Below, in pieces: positions 36,472-46,841 of a stretch of 64,000 nucleotides of DNA. The stretch spans positions 86,019 through 150,018 of the forward strand of contig CAWFBH010000005.1 of assembly GCA_963814035.1 (NCBI GenBank). Reading direction: 5' to 3'. This DNA comes from an uncultured delta proteobacterium. Lineage in GTDB: Bacteria > Desulfobacterota > Binatia > Binatales > Binataceae. The notes beneath the pieces are model-generated. The model was given only the letters and a program-made list of their open reading frames with translations, was not told where the DNA came from and made no database searches. Position 1 is the first letter of the stretch. Each line of letters starts with the position of its first letter. The position numbers and the translations under genes were made by a program.

Positions 36472-38123
36472 GCGCCGGCCACCTTTTCATCCGCGCGGTC
36501 CGGATGCGCGAGGTCCCATAGCGGGCGGCGTCCATGCACGGGCGGCACGCGATCGAAGTTGTCCGCCGGTGGCGGCGAGGTCGTCGCCCATTCCAGCGTC
36601 CATGCGTCCCACGGATTGTCGCCGGCCACCTCGCCATCGGCGAGGCTCACGTAGATGTTCCATGTGAACACGACCACCGCGACACCAAGCATGAACGCGC
36701 CGAGCGTGGAAATCAGATTCATCGCGGCCCATCCGGGCAAATCGGGATAGGTGAAAACTCGGCGCGGCATGCCCGCGATTCCGAGCACGTGCTGGATGAG
36801 GAAGGTCATGTTGAAGCCGATGAAGACGAGCCAAAAGTTCCATACCCCGAGGCGCTCGGACAGCATGCGGCCGGAGAATTTCGGGAACCAGTAATAAAAT
36901 CCCGCGAAGATCCCGAACACGCTGCCGCCAAACAGTACGTAATGGAAATGCGCCACCAGGTAGTAGGTGTCGGTTAGCTGCCAATCGAGCGGAAACACCG
37001 CGAAGCTGATGCCCGAGAGGCCACCGATCGTGAAGGTGATGAGAAACGCGACCGCGAACATCATCGAGGTGGTGAAGCGGATGCGGCCGCCATACATCGT
37101 CGCGGTCCAATTGAAGATTTTGATCCCGGTCGGGACCGCGATCAGCATGCTGGCGAAACCGAACGCGAGGTTGGCGATGTGGCTCATGCCGACCGTGAAC
37201 ATATGATGCGCCCATACTGTGAAGCTGAGAAACGCGATCGCCACGCTCGAGGCCGCGACGAATTCGTAACCAAAAATCGGCTTGCGCGAGAACACTGGAA
37301 TCACTTCTGAGATGATCCCGAACGCCGGCAGGATCATGATGTAGACCTCGGGATGCCCGAAGGACCAGAAATAGTGCTGCCACAGCAGCGCCGAACCGCC
37401 CCATGCGGGATCGAAAACATGCGCGTTGAAAAAGCGATCGATGAGCAGCATTGCCAGCGCGGCGTTGATGAGCGGCAGCGCGCCGATCATGAGAAATGAG
37501 TTGACCAACGTCATCCACACGAACAGTGGAAGGCGGCGGATGGTCAAGCCGGGCACGCGCAGGCAGATGATAGTGACCGCGAAGTTGATGGCGGCGGCCA
37601 GCGTGCCGATGCCGATACAGGCGAGCCCGATGATCCAGTAATCGACGCCCGCCAGCGAGGAGTAGGCTTTCTCGCTCAGTGGGGTGTAAGCAAACCATCC
37701 CGCGTTGGGCGCGCCGCCCGCGAGAAAGCTGAAGTACAAAATCACGCCGCCGAAAAGCTGGATCCAGAAACTCACCGCATTGAGACGCGGGAACGCCATG
37801 TCGCGCGCGCCGATCATCAGAGGGATCACGTAGGTGGAAAATCCGGTCAGCATCGGCATCACGAAGAGAAAGATCATCGTGGTGCCGTGCATGGTGAACA
37901 TCTGATCGAAGGTCTCGGGCGAGACCAGGTGCAGCCCCGGCGCGATGAGCTGAAGTCGAATCACGAGCGCCTCGATGCCACCTACCAGGAAGAAGAACAT
38001 CGAGGAGATCATGTAGAGGATGCCAATCTGCTTGTGGTCGACCGAGGCGACCCACGCCAGCAGGCCCTCGCGTTCCGAGGTGACCAGGCTCGGCGCGACC
38101 CCCGCCTCTACAATCTGGCTCAT
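36468..38123 (-). CDS. ctaD: cytochrome c oxidase subunit I
   Basis: 551 aa. HKQIGILYM, GHPEVYIMILPAFG and WAHHMFTVGM haem-copper oxidase signatures. Confidence 0.95.
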   Translation of the reverse strand: MSQIVEAGVAPSLVTSEREGLLAWVASVDHKQIGILYMISSMFFFLVGGIEALVIRLQLIAPGLHLVSPETFDQMFTMHGTTMIFLFVMPMLTGFSTYVIPLMIGARDMAFPRLNAVSFWIQLFGGVILYFSFLAGGAPNAGWFAYTPLSEKAYSSLAGVDYWIIGLACIGIGTLAAAINFAVTIICLRVPGLTIRRLPLFVWMTLVNSFLMIGALPLINAALAMLLIDRFFNAHVFDPAWGGSALLWQHYFWSFGHPEVYIMILPAFGIISEVIPVFSRKPIFGYEFVAASSVAIAFLSFTVWAHHMFTVGMSHIANLAFGFASMLIAVPTGIKIFNWTATMYGGRIRFTTSMMFAVAFLITFTIGGLSGISFAVFPLDWQLTDTYYLVAHFHYVLFGGSVFGIFAGFYYWFPKFSGRMLSERLGVWNFWLVFIGFNMTFLIQHVLGIAGMPRRVFTYPDLPGWAAMNLISTLGAFMLGVAVVVFTWNIYVSLADGEVAGDNPWDAWTLEWATTSPPPADNFDRVPPVHGRRPLWDLAHPDRADEKVAGA

Positions 38124-39055
38124 TTCAGGCCCTCCAGGTATGCGACCAGTTGGTGCGCCTCGTCGTCGGTGAGTTTGAAATCCGGCATGTGGCTGTCAGG
38201 TTTTATCGAATTCGGGTCCTTCAGCCATTTGTAGAGATCGTCAGGAGTATTGGGCGCCGCCTCGCCCGCGAGCATTTCCCGGCTCGCGAGATGGGTGAGG
38301 TCGGGGCCGACGGTCTGATTGCCGGCCGTGCCCGCGATGGCATGGCAATTCACGCAAGTCTTGGCGGCGAAAATATGCGCCCCAGCGACGGCCTCGGGCG
38401 CCGCCGGCATCGAAGGCACCACGAGCTGTGCTTTCTGCCATGCCTCGAAGTCGCCCTGGTTCTGCGCGATGACGCGAAACCGCATCCAGGCATGCTCGAC
38501 GCCGCAAAATTCCGCGCATTCGCCCATGTAGGTGCCCGGCTGGTCGGCCTCGATCCATAGCGTATTCGGATGACCGGGGACGGCGTCGATTTTACGCCCC
38601 AGCTGCGGCGCCCAAAAATCGTGGACGACGTCGGCGGATTGCAGGTCGATAAGAATCGGTTTGCCGATCGGGATGTGAATCTCGTTGGCTGCGACCACTC
38701 CCGAGGCGGGGTAATTGATCTCCCACCACCATTGATGGCCGATGACCTGGAGGTCGGGCTTGCGCCCGTCGGGAATCGGCGGGTCGGCGGCATGGTCCGC
38801 ATACATCATGAAGAACGACATCGCGGCGAGGATGCCGAAGGGGATCAGCGTCCACGCGACTTCGAGCGCATTCCATCCGAAAATCTGCCGCGCCTCGGGC
38901 GCCCCGGGGCGATCGCGGAAGCGCACGATCATGAAAGTGACCAGCCCGCTCACGAGCACGAAGATCGCGGCCAGCACGATCAGCACGCCGATGAACAACG
39001 CCGTAAGCGCGTGCGCTTGAGGTGAGACGGGAGCGAATGTCGGAATCGCGTTCAT
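38120..39055 (-). CDS. ctaC: cytochrome c oxidase subunit II with C-terminal cytochrome c domain (caa3 type)
   Basis: 311 aa. CuA site CAEFCGVEHAWM and haem-c motif CVNCHAI. Confidence 0.9.
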   Translation of the reverse strand: MNAIPTFAPVSPQAHALTALFIGVLIVLAAIFVLVSGLVTFMIVRFRDRPGAPEARQIFGWNALEVAWTLIPFGILAAMSFFMMYADHAADPPIPDGRKPDLQVIGHQWWWEINYPASGVVAANEIHIPIGKPILIDLQSADVVHDFWAPQLGRKIDAVPGHPNTLWIEADQPGTYMGECAEFCGVEHAWMRFRVIAQNQGDFEAWQKAQLVVPSMPAAPEAVAGAHIFAAKTCVNCHAIAGTAGNQTVGPDLTHLASREMLAGEAAPNTPDDLYKWLKDPNSIKPDSHMPDFKLTDDEAHQLVAYLEGLK

Positions 39056-39199
39056 GCCAAATCAGGATCAGGTTAGTCCGTGTGTCAAATCAGTTGGCGC
39101 AAAGTTGAAACGTCCAAAACGTATCGCGCGTGTCGCACTCTTCGCAAGACATGCACCGATGAAAGTGGACGGAGGTTACGGCGGGGTTAATTTGGCGCG

Positions 39200-40093
39200 A
39201 TGAAAATCGGAATCCATTTGCCTCAAATGGGCGGCGGTACCGCGGAAGAAATCGCACGCGTCGCCATCCGCGCCGAACAGACCGGCTATCACACGATTTG
39301 GGTGAGCGATCATCTGCTGGTGCCCGAAACGACCGCCGGTACCATTCCGCCCATCGAAATCATGGATCCGATTCCGACCCTCGCGTATGCGGCCGCGCTC
39401 ACCAAGACGATTCGCCTTGCCACCAGCGTGCTGGTGGTGCCGTATCGCAACGCGATCCATCTCGGCAAGGAACTCGCGACGCTCGATCGCCTCTCCAGCG
39501 GACGCCTCATCGTGGGCGCGGCCAGCGGATGGCTGGAGGCCGAGTTCGCGGCGCTCGGCGCTCCGTATCAGAAACGCGGCGCATATACAGATGAAGCGAT
39601 TCGCCTATGGCGCGAGCTGTGGCGCAATCCGACGCCCAACTTCAGCGGCGAGTTCACCCAGCTTTCAGGCATGCGCTTTGGCCCGCGTCCGGCGGCAGGC
39701 AACATTCCGGTCTGGATCGGCGGTATCAGCAAGCGCGCATGCCGAAGGGCCGTCGAGCTCGGCGACGGATGGCATGGCACCCGGATGAAGCCCGAAGAGG
39801 TCGCGATCCGCCTCGCATGGATCAAGGAAATTGCCGCGCGGACCGGAAAATCGCTCGAGGGATTCGCCATCAGCCATCGCGTCTACATCGGATTCGCCGA
39901 GAAATGGACGGAGACTGGTGGCTATGTTCAGGGCATCATGGCGCCTCCGCGCGCGCTCGCGGATTACCTGTCCCGTTTTGAGACACTCGGCGTTGGCGAG
40001 ATCATGGTGACGCCGATTGGCGCGGATCGCGGACTGGATAAATTCCTCGATCGCTTCGACTCCGAAGTGAAACCCTATGTGAACATCCGGTAG
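39200..40093 (+). CDS. LLM-class (luciferase-like) flavin/F420-dependent oxidoreductase
   Basis: 297 aa. MKIGIHLPQ..., GYHTIWVSDHL, and SGGRLIVGAASGWLEAEF, typical of the LLM family. Confidence 0.8.
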   Translation: MKIGIHLPQMGGGTAEEIARVAIRAEQTGYHTIWVSDHLLVPETTAGTIPPIEIMDPIPTLAYAAALTKTIRLATSVLVVPYRNAIHLGKELATLDRLSSGRLIVGAASGWLEAEFAALGAPYQKRGAYTDEAIRLWRELWRNPTPNFSGEFTQLSGMRFGPRPAAGNIPVWIGGISKRACRRAVELGDGWHGTRMKPEEVAIRLAWIKEIAARTGKSLEGFAISHRVYIGFAEKWTETGGYVQGIMAPPRALADYLSRFETLGVGEIMVTPIGADRGLDKFLDRFDSEVKPYVNIR

Positions 40094-40194
40094 CATTAAG
40101 TCGTGCTATAGTGTAGGGTTGTTGCACAATCGACACTACAGCCCATCAGAGACGAGCGAATCCGCGAGGGGCTTAGAGTGCGTCAAGGGGTGCG

Positions 40195-42860
40195 ATGCAC
40201 GATTTACGCCGCGAAGGCATTCGAGGCCGCCGGCTGCCGTTTCTCGTTGTTTCCGTAATTGCTGCTCTTGCCGGATGGATCTACGCAGTTGGCGATCCTG
40301 CAACCAGGCCGCCGCGTATCGCGAGACAATCTTCGCCAGGCAATGCCTACGCTCGCCTGCCATTAAGCTTCGAGGAGAACCGGGGCCAGACCGATCCGAA
40401 GGTGAAGTTCGTCGCTCGGGGGAGCGGTTATTCGCTCTTTCTTACCGCGACCGAAACCGTGCTGAAGCTGCGCGAGGGATCGCCGCATAGGCATTTTTCC
40501 GCCGTCGGAATTCGGCTTAAGAATTCCAATCCAAACCCAAAATTTACCGGCATCGATCGGCTCCCGGGCAAAAGCAGCTACTTTATCGGGCGTGACTCCA
40601 AAAAATGGCACACCAACATCCCCAGTTTTGCTGCGGTGCGAGTTACCGAGATCTATCCGGGTGTCAGCCTGGTGTTCCGCGGCGGACAGGGACGCCTCGA
40701 ATACGACCTCGAGGTCGCTCCGAATGCTGACCCGTCGCGAATTAAGCTCGAAATAGATGGGGCGCGAAAACTCGCCCTCGACGGGTCGCGGAACCTGCTG
40801 ATACATACCGGGACAGGTCATGTCATTCAGCAGGCACCACTCATTTATCAGGTTATCGACGGTAATAGGCGCGCGGTTAAAGGGGGATACGTTCTCGAGG
40901 GGGAGAAAACCGTTGGGTTCGAGCTGGGCGCCTATGATGCCCGTCGTCCGCTTATCATCGATCCGCTGCTGACTTATGCATCGTATCTCGGGGGAACCGG
41001 CGGCGACTCCGGCGTATCGATCGCGGTCGATCAGAGCGATGGCTCGGCGTGGGTGACAGGCACCACCACCTCGATCGATTTCCCGGTCGACGGCATCGGG
41101 ATTCCAGCAGACCAACTTCGGAGATTCCGACATCTTCATGACCAAGGTCAGTCCGGATGGCAGCACGCTACTCTATTCCACCTATGCGGGAGGTCAGAGC
41201 TTCGAGCAGGCAACCGGCATCACAATCGATCCGATGGGGAATGCATACGCGACCGGACTGACTCAATCCACGGATTTTCCGGTAACCGATGGCGCGTTTC
41301 AGCTCGGCGCTTCAGGGCACCCAGGATGCTTTCGTGCTCGCGCTCGACCGCGACGGCGGGCTCATTTACTCGACTCATCTCGGTACCGACGCGGGGGCCA
41401 CTCAGATCGCGGTCGACTCGGCGAGCGAAGTGGTCGTCGTCGGTACCACGCGCTCGGCGAATTTCCCGACTACGCGGGGAGCATTTCAATCTGACTATCC
41501 AGGCAGCAACGGCGCTCCGCGGGTCGGCTTCGTAACCAAGTTGAATGGACAAGGCACCGGGCTGGTCTTCTCGACCTTCATGGGTCTGACCGATGGAGGA
41601 TGGCCCAACGCGGTCGCGCTGGATTCGTTCGGCAATGTTTTTATCAGCGGCGGGACATCGACCGGGGTCAACTTCAATACCCTTACCTGTGCGCCCCTGT
41701 TATGTGGTCTGGTCGTCGAGCTCGATAGCACCGGCTCGGCGCTCGAGTTTTCGGATACCTTTCCCTTCGCGACGCTCTATGGGATCGCTGTCGACGGCAA
41801 CGGTAACGCCCACGTGGTTGGCACACGCGGAGGTCCATTGCTGATCAATCTTGATTCGGCGGGCAATCCGACCTTCGTAATGCTCACCCAAGGCGGCAAT
41901 CCCACGCGGATCGCGATTGGTCAGTCCGGCAATATTTTTCTCAGTGGAGTTACTGCCAACTCTGCGTTGGCGGTTACGCCGGGAGCGTATCAATCGACCT
42001 ACGGTGGGGGCGGTGACGCGTTTATTTCCGTGCTCGATCCCAGCGGCATCTTCAATCTCTACACGAGCTATCTGGGAGGAAGCGGGCTGGATTCTGCGCA
42101 GGGCGTGGCGGTCGATCCGTCGGAGAACGCTTATGTCACGGGGAACACGCAATCGACGGACTTTCCGGTCACTGCGGGAGTCTTCGAGGGGCAATATCCG
42201 GGTGGCAACAATGGGTTGGCCTTCGTGGCACGGATCGTTCCGGTCCTGCAGTCCCCGACCCCGACGATGACATTGACCCCAACTATTATCCCGACGCCGG
42301 TCCAGACTTCGTTTTTTCCGCCGACGCCGGTGGCCACGCGAACCCCGTTGCCGACGCGCTCGACTAACGCAACGCCGATTCAGACCTCGGTCGACATAGG
42401 AACTCCGACACCCTCGGCCACCGCAACCTCGACGCTCAGTCCAACTCCTACGGCCACGATGACGGCGACGTTGACGCCGACCGCGACTCCAACGCCGTCA
42501 GAGTCGGTGAGGATCCTTCCCTCGGGGTTAAACTTCCGCAACGTCAGGGTTGGTAGAACAAGCGGGGTTTTATCGGCGCGGGTCGTCAATCCTCGCACCA
42601 AGACCAACAAAGGAACGGTGATGATAACGGCGGTTCAGCTTCAATCGCAGATCAGCCAGTTTCCACCAACCGGCTTTGCGATTCAGGCCAAGAATACCAC
42701 TTGCGTTAGCGGCGCTTCGCTTCCGGCCGGAAAGATTTGCTACGTCCGGGTGAGATTCACGCCGTTGGCCACCGGCAAGTCGCTCGACGCCTTGATAATT
42801 ACCGGCACCTTCATCGAGAGCGGGCAGTTGCCGGTAGCATTGACGGGTATCGGCAAGTAA
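40195..42860 (+). pseudogene. large secreted SBBP (beta-propeller) repeat protein with Thr/Pro linker and C-terminal choice-of-anchor-D-like domain; two frame breaks (about 41100, about 41301)
   Basis: Recurrent xAYVTGxTxSxDFPVTxGAFQ units across ORFs 40195..41535, 41138..41494 and 41289..42860. Both junctions are phase-consistent with +1 bases. Confidence 0.8.
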
Positions 42861-42866
42861 TGCGGC

Positions 42867-43400
42867 CTACTGCGCGAAGTCCGCGCTAACGTAGTAGTCG
42901 CCATCGGGTGCGTGCGCTACTCCGATGCCGGTCTTGGTGAAAATGTTCGACAGGATGTTCTTGCGATTTGCCGCCGCACTCATCCAGATCGATACGGTAT
43001 CGTCCGCAACCCGATCGGGACGCGTCTTCAACCTGCCCACATCTTCGCCCAGCTTTAGCGTCTTCACCCCATGCGAGGTGATCCTCGTAACCGCATCGGC
43101 TTCGTCGGGGCCGCGGGTGCTCAGGAAGGTGCCGGACACCATCTTGTCGGAATGCTCCTGCGCGCTCTGAGTCAGCTCGGGCGAGGATTCGAACGGTGGA
43201 AGGCCTTTGGACGCGCGCTGTTTGTTGAGCGCATCGAGGAGTTGCCTGGCGATTTCATCGTTGCTCAGCTGAGGTCCCTGGTCAGGAGTTTGGACCGTCG
43301 GTGGAACCATCGGCCCCCCCGCGGGAGGCGGTGGATTTTTGCTCGCGCACGATGCGAAGGTGATCGAGGTCAGGATGAGAAGGGTGCTGGAAAGCCGCAT
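42867..43400 (-). CDS. CAP (SCP/PR-1, YkwD-like) domain lipoprotein
   Basis: Lipobox ITFASC. CAP-like LNKQRASKGLPP...HSDKM...IWMSAAANRKNILSNIFTKTGIGV. Confidence 0.8.
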   Translation of the reverse strand: MRLSSTLLILTSITFASCASKNPPPPAGGPMVPPTVQTPDQGPQLSNDEIARQLLDALNKQRASKGLPPFESSPELTQSAQEHSDKMVSGTFLSTRGPDEADAVTRITSHGVKTLKLGEDVGRLKTRPDRVADDTVSIWMSAAANRKNILSNIFTKTGIGVAHAPDGDYYVSADFAQ

Positions 43401-43454
43401 AAAAGTTTTCGCGCGCCGACGATTGATCTCCGGCGCGCTCCTTTTGCCGAGGGA

Positions 43455-44330
43455 TTAGAGTCCGGGGATGCTGAAGGTCTTATACAGGTTTAATTCGCCG
43501 TAAACCCCAGGACTCCCATAGCCAAACTGCAAGTCGGCACCGAGCTGATAGACCCGGTTGTAGACGCCCACGATGGGCCCGCCTTCGCCGTCGATGCCGT
43601 TAATGAAGCCGCCGCCAAACACCTGGCCACCCGCGCCGAGCATCAGGATCCAGTCGGGGGTCTGCATCGCGACCACGCGAAAATCGATCTCACTGGAGGT
43701 CACATCGTTTTGGAAGTTATGGACCGGCGCGATGAAAACGTTGACCGGATGCGCGCTGTTGAGCAGGAACCACATCGAGATGTCGGACTCGATCGTCCAC
43801 GCATCGCTGTCGCCGACATCATGGCCGCCGAGGAACACGAAGTTGAAACCCGGCAGCGGACTGAGATCGAATCCGGCCTGGAAGCGCCCGAAGTTCAGAC
43901 GGTTCGCGGTGTTATTTGACGGCTCCAGCGGGCTGGTCGAGTTCTTCTCAATCCAGAGCTGGTAGCCGGTCGCGCGGCCGACGATGCCGAGGCCCTCGGT
44001 GATGCTTTGCTCGAGCTGGATGCCCTCGTCGGTCAGATAATAATCCTGCGAAGCGAGCCCGCCGCCGAAGAGCGTGACGTCCAGATGCGGCTGTGCCGGC
44101 GTGGTGAGGCGCGAGAGCTGATACAGATCCCGGAGAGGTTCATCATCAGCGCTGGTCGGATTCGTCAGGCCGAGCGCCTTTATCGAGGGCATGAAGGACA
44201 GCTCCTCCGGCGCATTTATGGTTGAGGCCGCGGATGCCGAAGTTGGCGAGAACCTTCCGCCGCAGACCGGATTGCAGATCGCGGCGAAAATCAAAGTCGC
44301 AGTGGCGCCTCGCAAGTACTTGTTTGTCAT
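43455..44330 (-). CDS. hypothetical secreted protein (beta-rich, possibly outer-membrane barrel)
   Basis: 291 aa. Signal peptide, alternating hydrophobic pattern, aromatic-rich C-terminus. No family recognised. Confidence 0.5.
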   Translation of the reverse strand: MTNKYLRGATATLIFAAICNPVCGGRFSPTSASAASTINAPEELSFMPSIKALGLTNPTSADDEPLRDLYQLSRLTTPAQPHLDVTLFGGGLASQDYYLTDEGIQLEQSITEGLGIVGRATGYQLWIEKNSTSPLEPSNNTANRLNFGRFQAGFDLSPLPGFNFVFLGGHDVGDSDAWTIESDISMWFLLNSAHPVNVFIAPVHNFQNDVTSSEIDFRVVAMQTPDWILMLGAGGQVFGGGFINGIDGEGGPIVGVYNRVYQLGADLQFGYGSPGVYGELNLYKTFSIPGL

Positions 44331-44410
44331 CTAGTCACTTTCCCCTTAAGAGGTTGGGTCCGGTCCAAGACCTTCGCGCGCCGAGGTCTAATGGGTCCTG
44401 GCAGTGGAGA

Positions 44411-44842
44411 CTACTTGTTAACCGATTTCTCGAAGTTGTCGAGCGCCTTGTTCACCGCCTTGTTGGCGCGATTGACGGAATTTTCGGCGTCCACCGCCGC
44501 ATCCATGGCATCGGCGGCGGCATGCTGCGCCTGGTTGGCCGCGGTCTCAGCCTGATTCGCCGCCGTCTCCGCGACGACCGCGGAATGCTCGGCGCGGCTG
44601 ACAATCGGCGTGATCGGAACCGGCGGCGGAGGGACCACATTGGGCGGAGGTCCATTGAATGGAGGCGGCGGCAGGATCGGAGGCGGTGGCGGCGGAGTGA
44701 CGCCATGGACACATGCGCCCGCGATGCCAAGGTTGAGCGCCATCGCGGCGACGATCACTGCGCCTATCGAGAGGATGCGACCGCAAACTTTTACTGAACT
44801 ACTCACAACGATTGCCTCCTGGAGGTTCTTGCTCTTTTGCAT
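44411..44842 (-). CDS. hypothetical membrane-anchored protein with polyproline stretch and Ala/Asn-rich coiled coil
   Basis: 143 aa. TM/signal anchor, PPPPPPILPPPPFNGPPPNVVPPPPVP, then AETAANQAETAANQAQHAAADAMDAAVDAENS. Confidence 0.5.
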   Translation of the reverse strand: MQKSKNLQEAIVVSSSVKVCGRILSIGAVIVAAMALNLGIAGACVHGVTPPPPPPILPPPPFNGPPPNVVPPPPVPITPIVSRAEHSAVVAETAANQAETAANQAQHAAADAMDAAVDAENSVNRANKAVNKALDNFEKSVNK

Positions 44843-44847
44843 CGCGC

Positions 44848-46251
44848 CTACTTGCCCGGCCGGATATCGACGAAGCGGACAATCCCCTCGGTCACCAGCT
44901 GCACCGAGCTGCTGAGGGTATGCATCGTGCCGTTTTGTCGCGGCGCCGCCAGCAACGCCGCGATATCGATCACCGCGGCATAGGTGCGGCTTCGATTAAT
45001 GATGACGCCCGTCCCCTTGCCGCTGTTGGGGCTCACATAGGCGGTCAGACCATTCGGCTCGTATGACATCGCCCACGGTTTTCCCGATGGATCACTGGGC
45101 ATTTGCGCCTGCACCCAATCCTGCATCGCGGGAATGCCGCTGCCCGAGGTCGTCGGAAGGCTGAGCGCTCCGAAGCCGCCTCCGCCGCCGGAAAGCTCGA
45201 ACCAATCCGCCACCAGCGCGAGATGTTGGCCGGGCACTATCGCGATACCGGTGATGCCATTTTCGAGATTGGTCATCTCGGTGAGGGTCTGTATCTGTTT
45301 GCCGGGCGTCGACCAGGTGCCGTCCGTATTGTAGGTCGCCTGGCTGAGGTCGAGCATCGCAATGTCCTCGACCACATCGGGCACGCAATCGGAGGGACTG
45401 CGAAAAGTCCCGTATGCGATTTGAGTGGTGGTGTCGTAGGCGCCGGAATCCGGAAGCGCATCGCGCTGGGTGGTTCCGCCAGTGCTCTTGGTGCACGTGC
45501 CTTTGTCATTGAAGAAGTCGCCCGCGTCGGAGAGAGTGAACGCCGCGCCGTCGCTCAACCGGAGAATTTGGTAGTCGGGATTCTCGCTCTCAAAGGTCTT
45601 GAAATTCAGCAGCCGATAGTTGGGCGACAAGATTAGATGATCGACGGGGTCGTAGCCGAAGTTGCCGGAAATTACGTCGTTACCAGTGGAGATGATTGAC
45701 TGCAACTTCAACGGTGATAACTGCACCGGCAAGTATCCCTTGCTGGTCGCAATGATCGCGGTGGGAATTCCGGTTCCGGGAGTGCCGCCATTTTCGGCAG
45801 TAGGTGCGGAGCCGAGATTGTCATCGATCGCGACGCCGCAGGTTGCGCACGATCCGCCGGTAAAGTGAATGAGCTTGGTCGCGCCGGTTTTGAAGCCCAT
45901 CACCTTGTTGTTCGGTGGCTTGATGAGGTTGGAGCTTCCGAATGCCGTCGAACATACCGCGATGCCGGTGGCCGCGCTCGCGGCGCACGCGTTCGCATAG
46001 CCGGTACTTAGTCTCACCGTCTTGGTTGCAGGAGCACCGGGCGCCGATTCGATAATCTTCAGCGCCGTGCCCATCTTAAGGGAGTTATCGGTGGAGTAGG
46101 GGACGTAGAGACTTACGTTGGTTCCGCTCACCAGCACCCCAGGCGCATTGGAGGTTGTCGAGGTAGTACTGAAGGGTGCCGCGGATGAAGTCCCGCCCAT
46201 GACGAGAATCGCCGTCATCACGGCGCAAATCGAACTTAATGCTCTGTTCAC
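44848..46251 (-). CDS. hypothetical secreted protein (beta-propeller-like)
   Basis: GTG at 46251 preceded by GGGGGA, giving the signal peptide VNRALSSICAVMTAILVMGGTSSAAP. 467 aa, Gly/Thr/Ser-rich. No family recognised. Confidence 0.55.
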   Translation of the reverse strand: MNRALSSICAVMTAILVMGGTSSAAPFSTTSTTSNAPGVLVSGTNVSLYVPYSTDNSLKMGTALKIIESAPGAPATKTVRLSTGYANACAASAATGIAVCSTAFGSSNLIKPPNNKVMGFKTGATKLIHFTGGSCATCGVAIDDNLGSAPTAENGGTPGTGIPTAIIATSKGYLPVQLSPLKLQSIISTGNDVISGNFGYDPVDHLILSPNYRLLNFKTFESENPDYQILRLSDGAAFTLSDAGDFFNDKGTCTKSTGGTTQRDALPDSGAYDTTTQIAYGTFRSPSDCVPDVVEDIAMLDLSQATYNTDGTWSTPGKQIQTLTEMTNLENGITGIAIVPGQHLALVADWFELSGGGGGFGALSLPTTSGSGIPAMQDWVQAQMPSDPSGKPWAMSYEPNGLTAYVSPNSGKGTGVIINRSRTYAAVIDIAALLAAPRQNGTMHTLSSSVQLVTEGIVRFVDIRPGK

Positions 46252-46773
46252 GATCCCCCATTCACAGGAGCTCACAGTAGGTCTTGTAGCATGATCTAAC
46301 GATATGAGCGAAGCCCTTGGAACCGCGTAGAAGCTGTCCCGCGCATCAGGATTCGCTTTAGAATCGTTCGACTTTATGAACCGTACCAAAACATCAACCT
46401 TGATACAACAAACCAGCGCGAATGCATGTTTATGCTAGCTCAAGCAATTTAAAACACTTTTAATCCTAAAATAATTCAAGCCGATGGATGCTAATGCCAA
46501 GGCCATCCCCATAGTGACGACCCGAGCCAGTCGCAAATTCGACATTCATAGGGGTGGGCTGCCGGTCGGGATGCTCCATGTCTCAGCCACAGTCCCATGG
46601 TTAGACGCTTTGTCGCGGGAGCGAAGATCGCAATTGCCGCCTGACGGGTCCTGTGCCGGACGCGTTACATCTGACTTAAGGCCGCACAATATCGCATCGG
46701 TGCGGTTTCAAGCCTGATACAAAGGTGATATCGCATCCTACAAATTGAAGTATTTTCTGTCAGATAAACGAGG

Positions 46774-46812
46774 AACGCTTTTTGCTGCTTGGACCTTGCA
46801 GCAAGGAGCGTT
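46774..46812 (+). other. 15-bp-stem hairpin in the leader of the CAP gene
   Basis: AACGCTTTTTGCTGC-(9 nt)-GCAGCAAGGAGCGTT with two G-U pairs. Ends 30 nt before the ATG at 46842. Confidence 0.35.
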
Positions 46813-46841
46813 TCCGATTAGCCACCTGAGCCGGACATACA

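Noticed and set aside
36487-38055. 522-aa alternative-frame ORF on the same strand as ctaD.
   Set aside because: The ctaD frame carries all haem-copper oxidase signatures. The alternative frame is Arg/His/Pro-rich nonsense.
42240-42500. Thr/Pro/Ala-rich repetitive stretch as a tandem DNA repeat or variable region.
   Set aside because: It is in frame within the SBBP protein and reads as a typical low-complexity PT-linker between the propeller repeats and the C-terminal domain. I saw no exact DNA period.
46484-46717. 77-aa ORF in the divergent region between the secreted-protein operon and the CAP gene.
   Set aside because: It has no RBS or recognisable features and lies in a probable promoter region. 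The coding call is unsupported.
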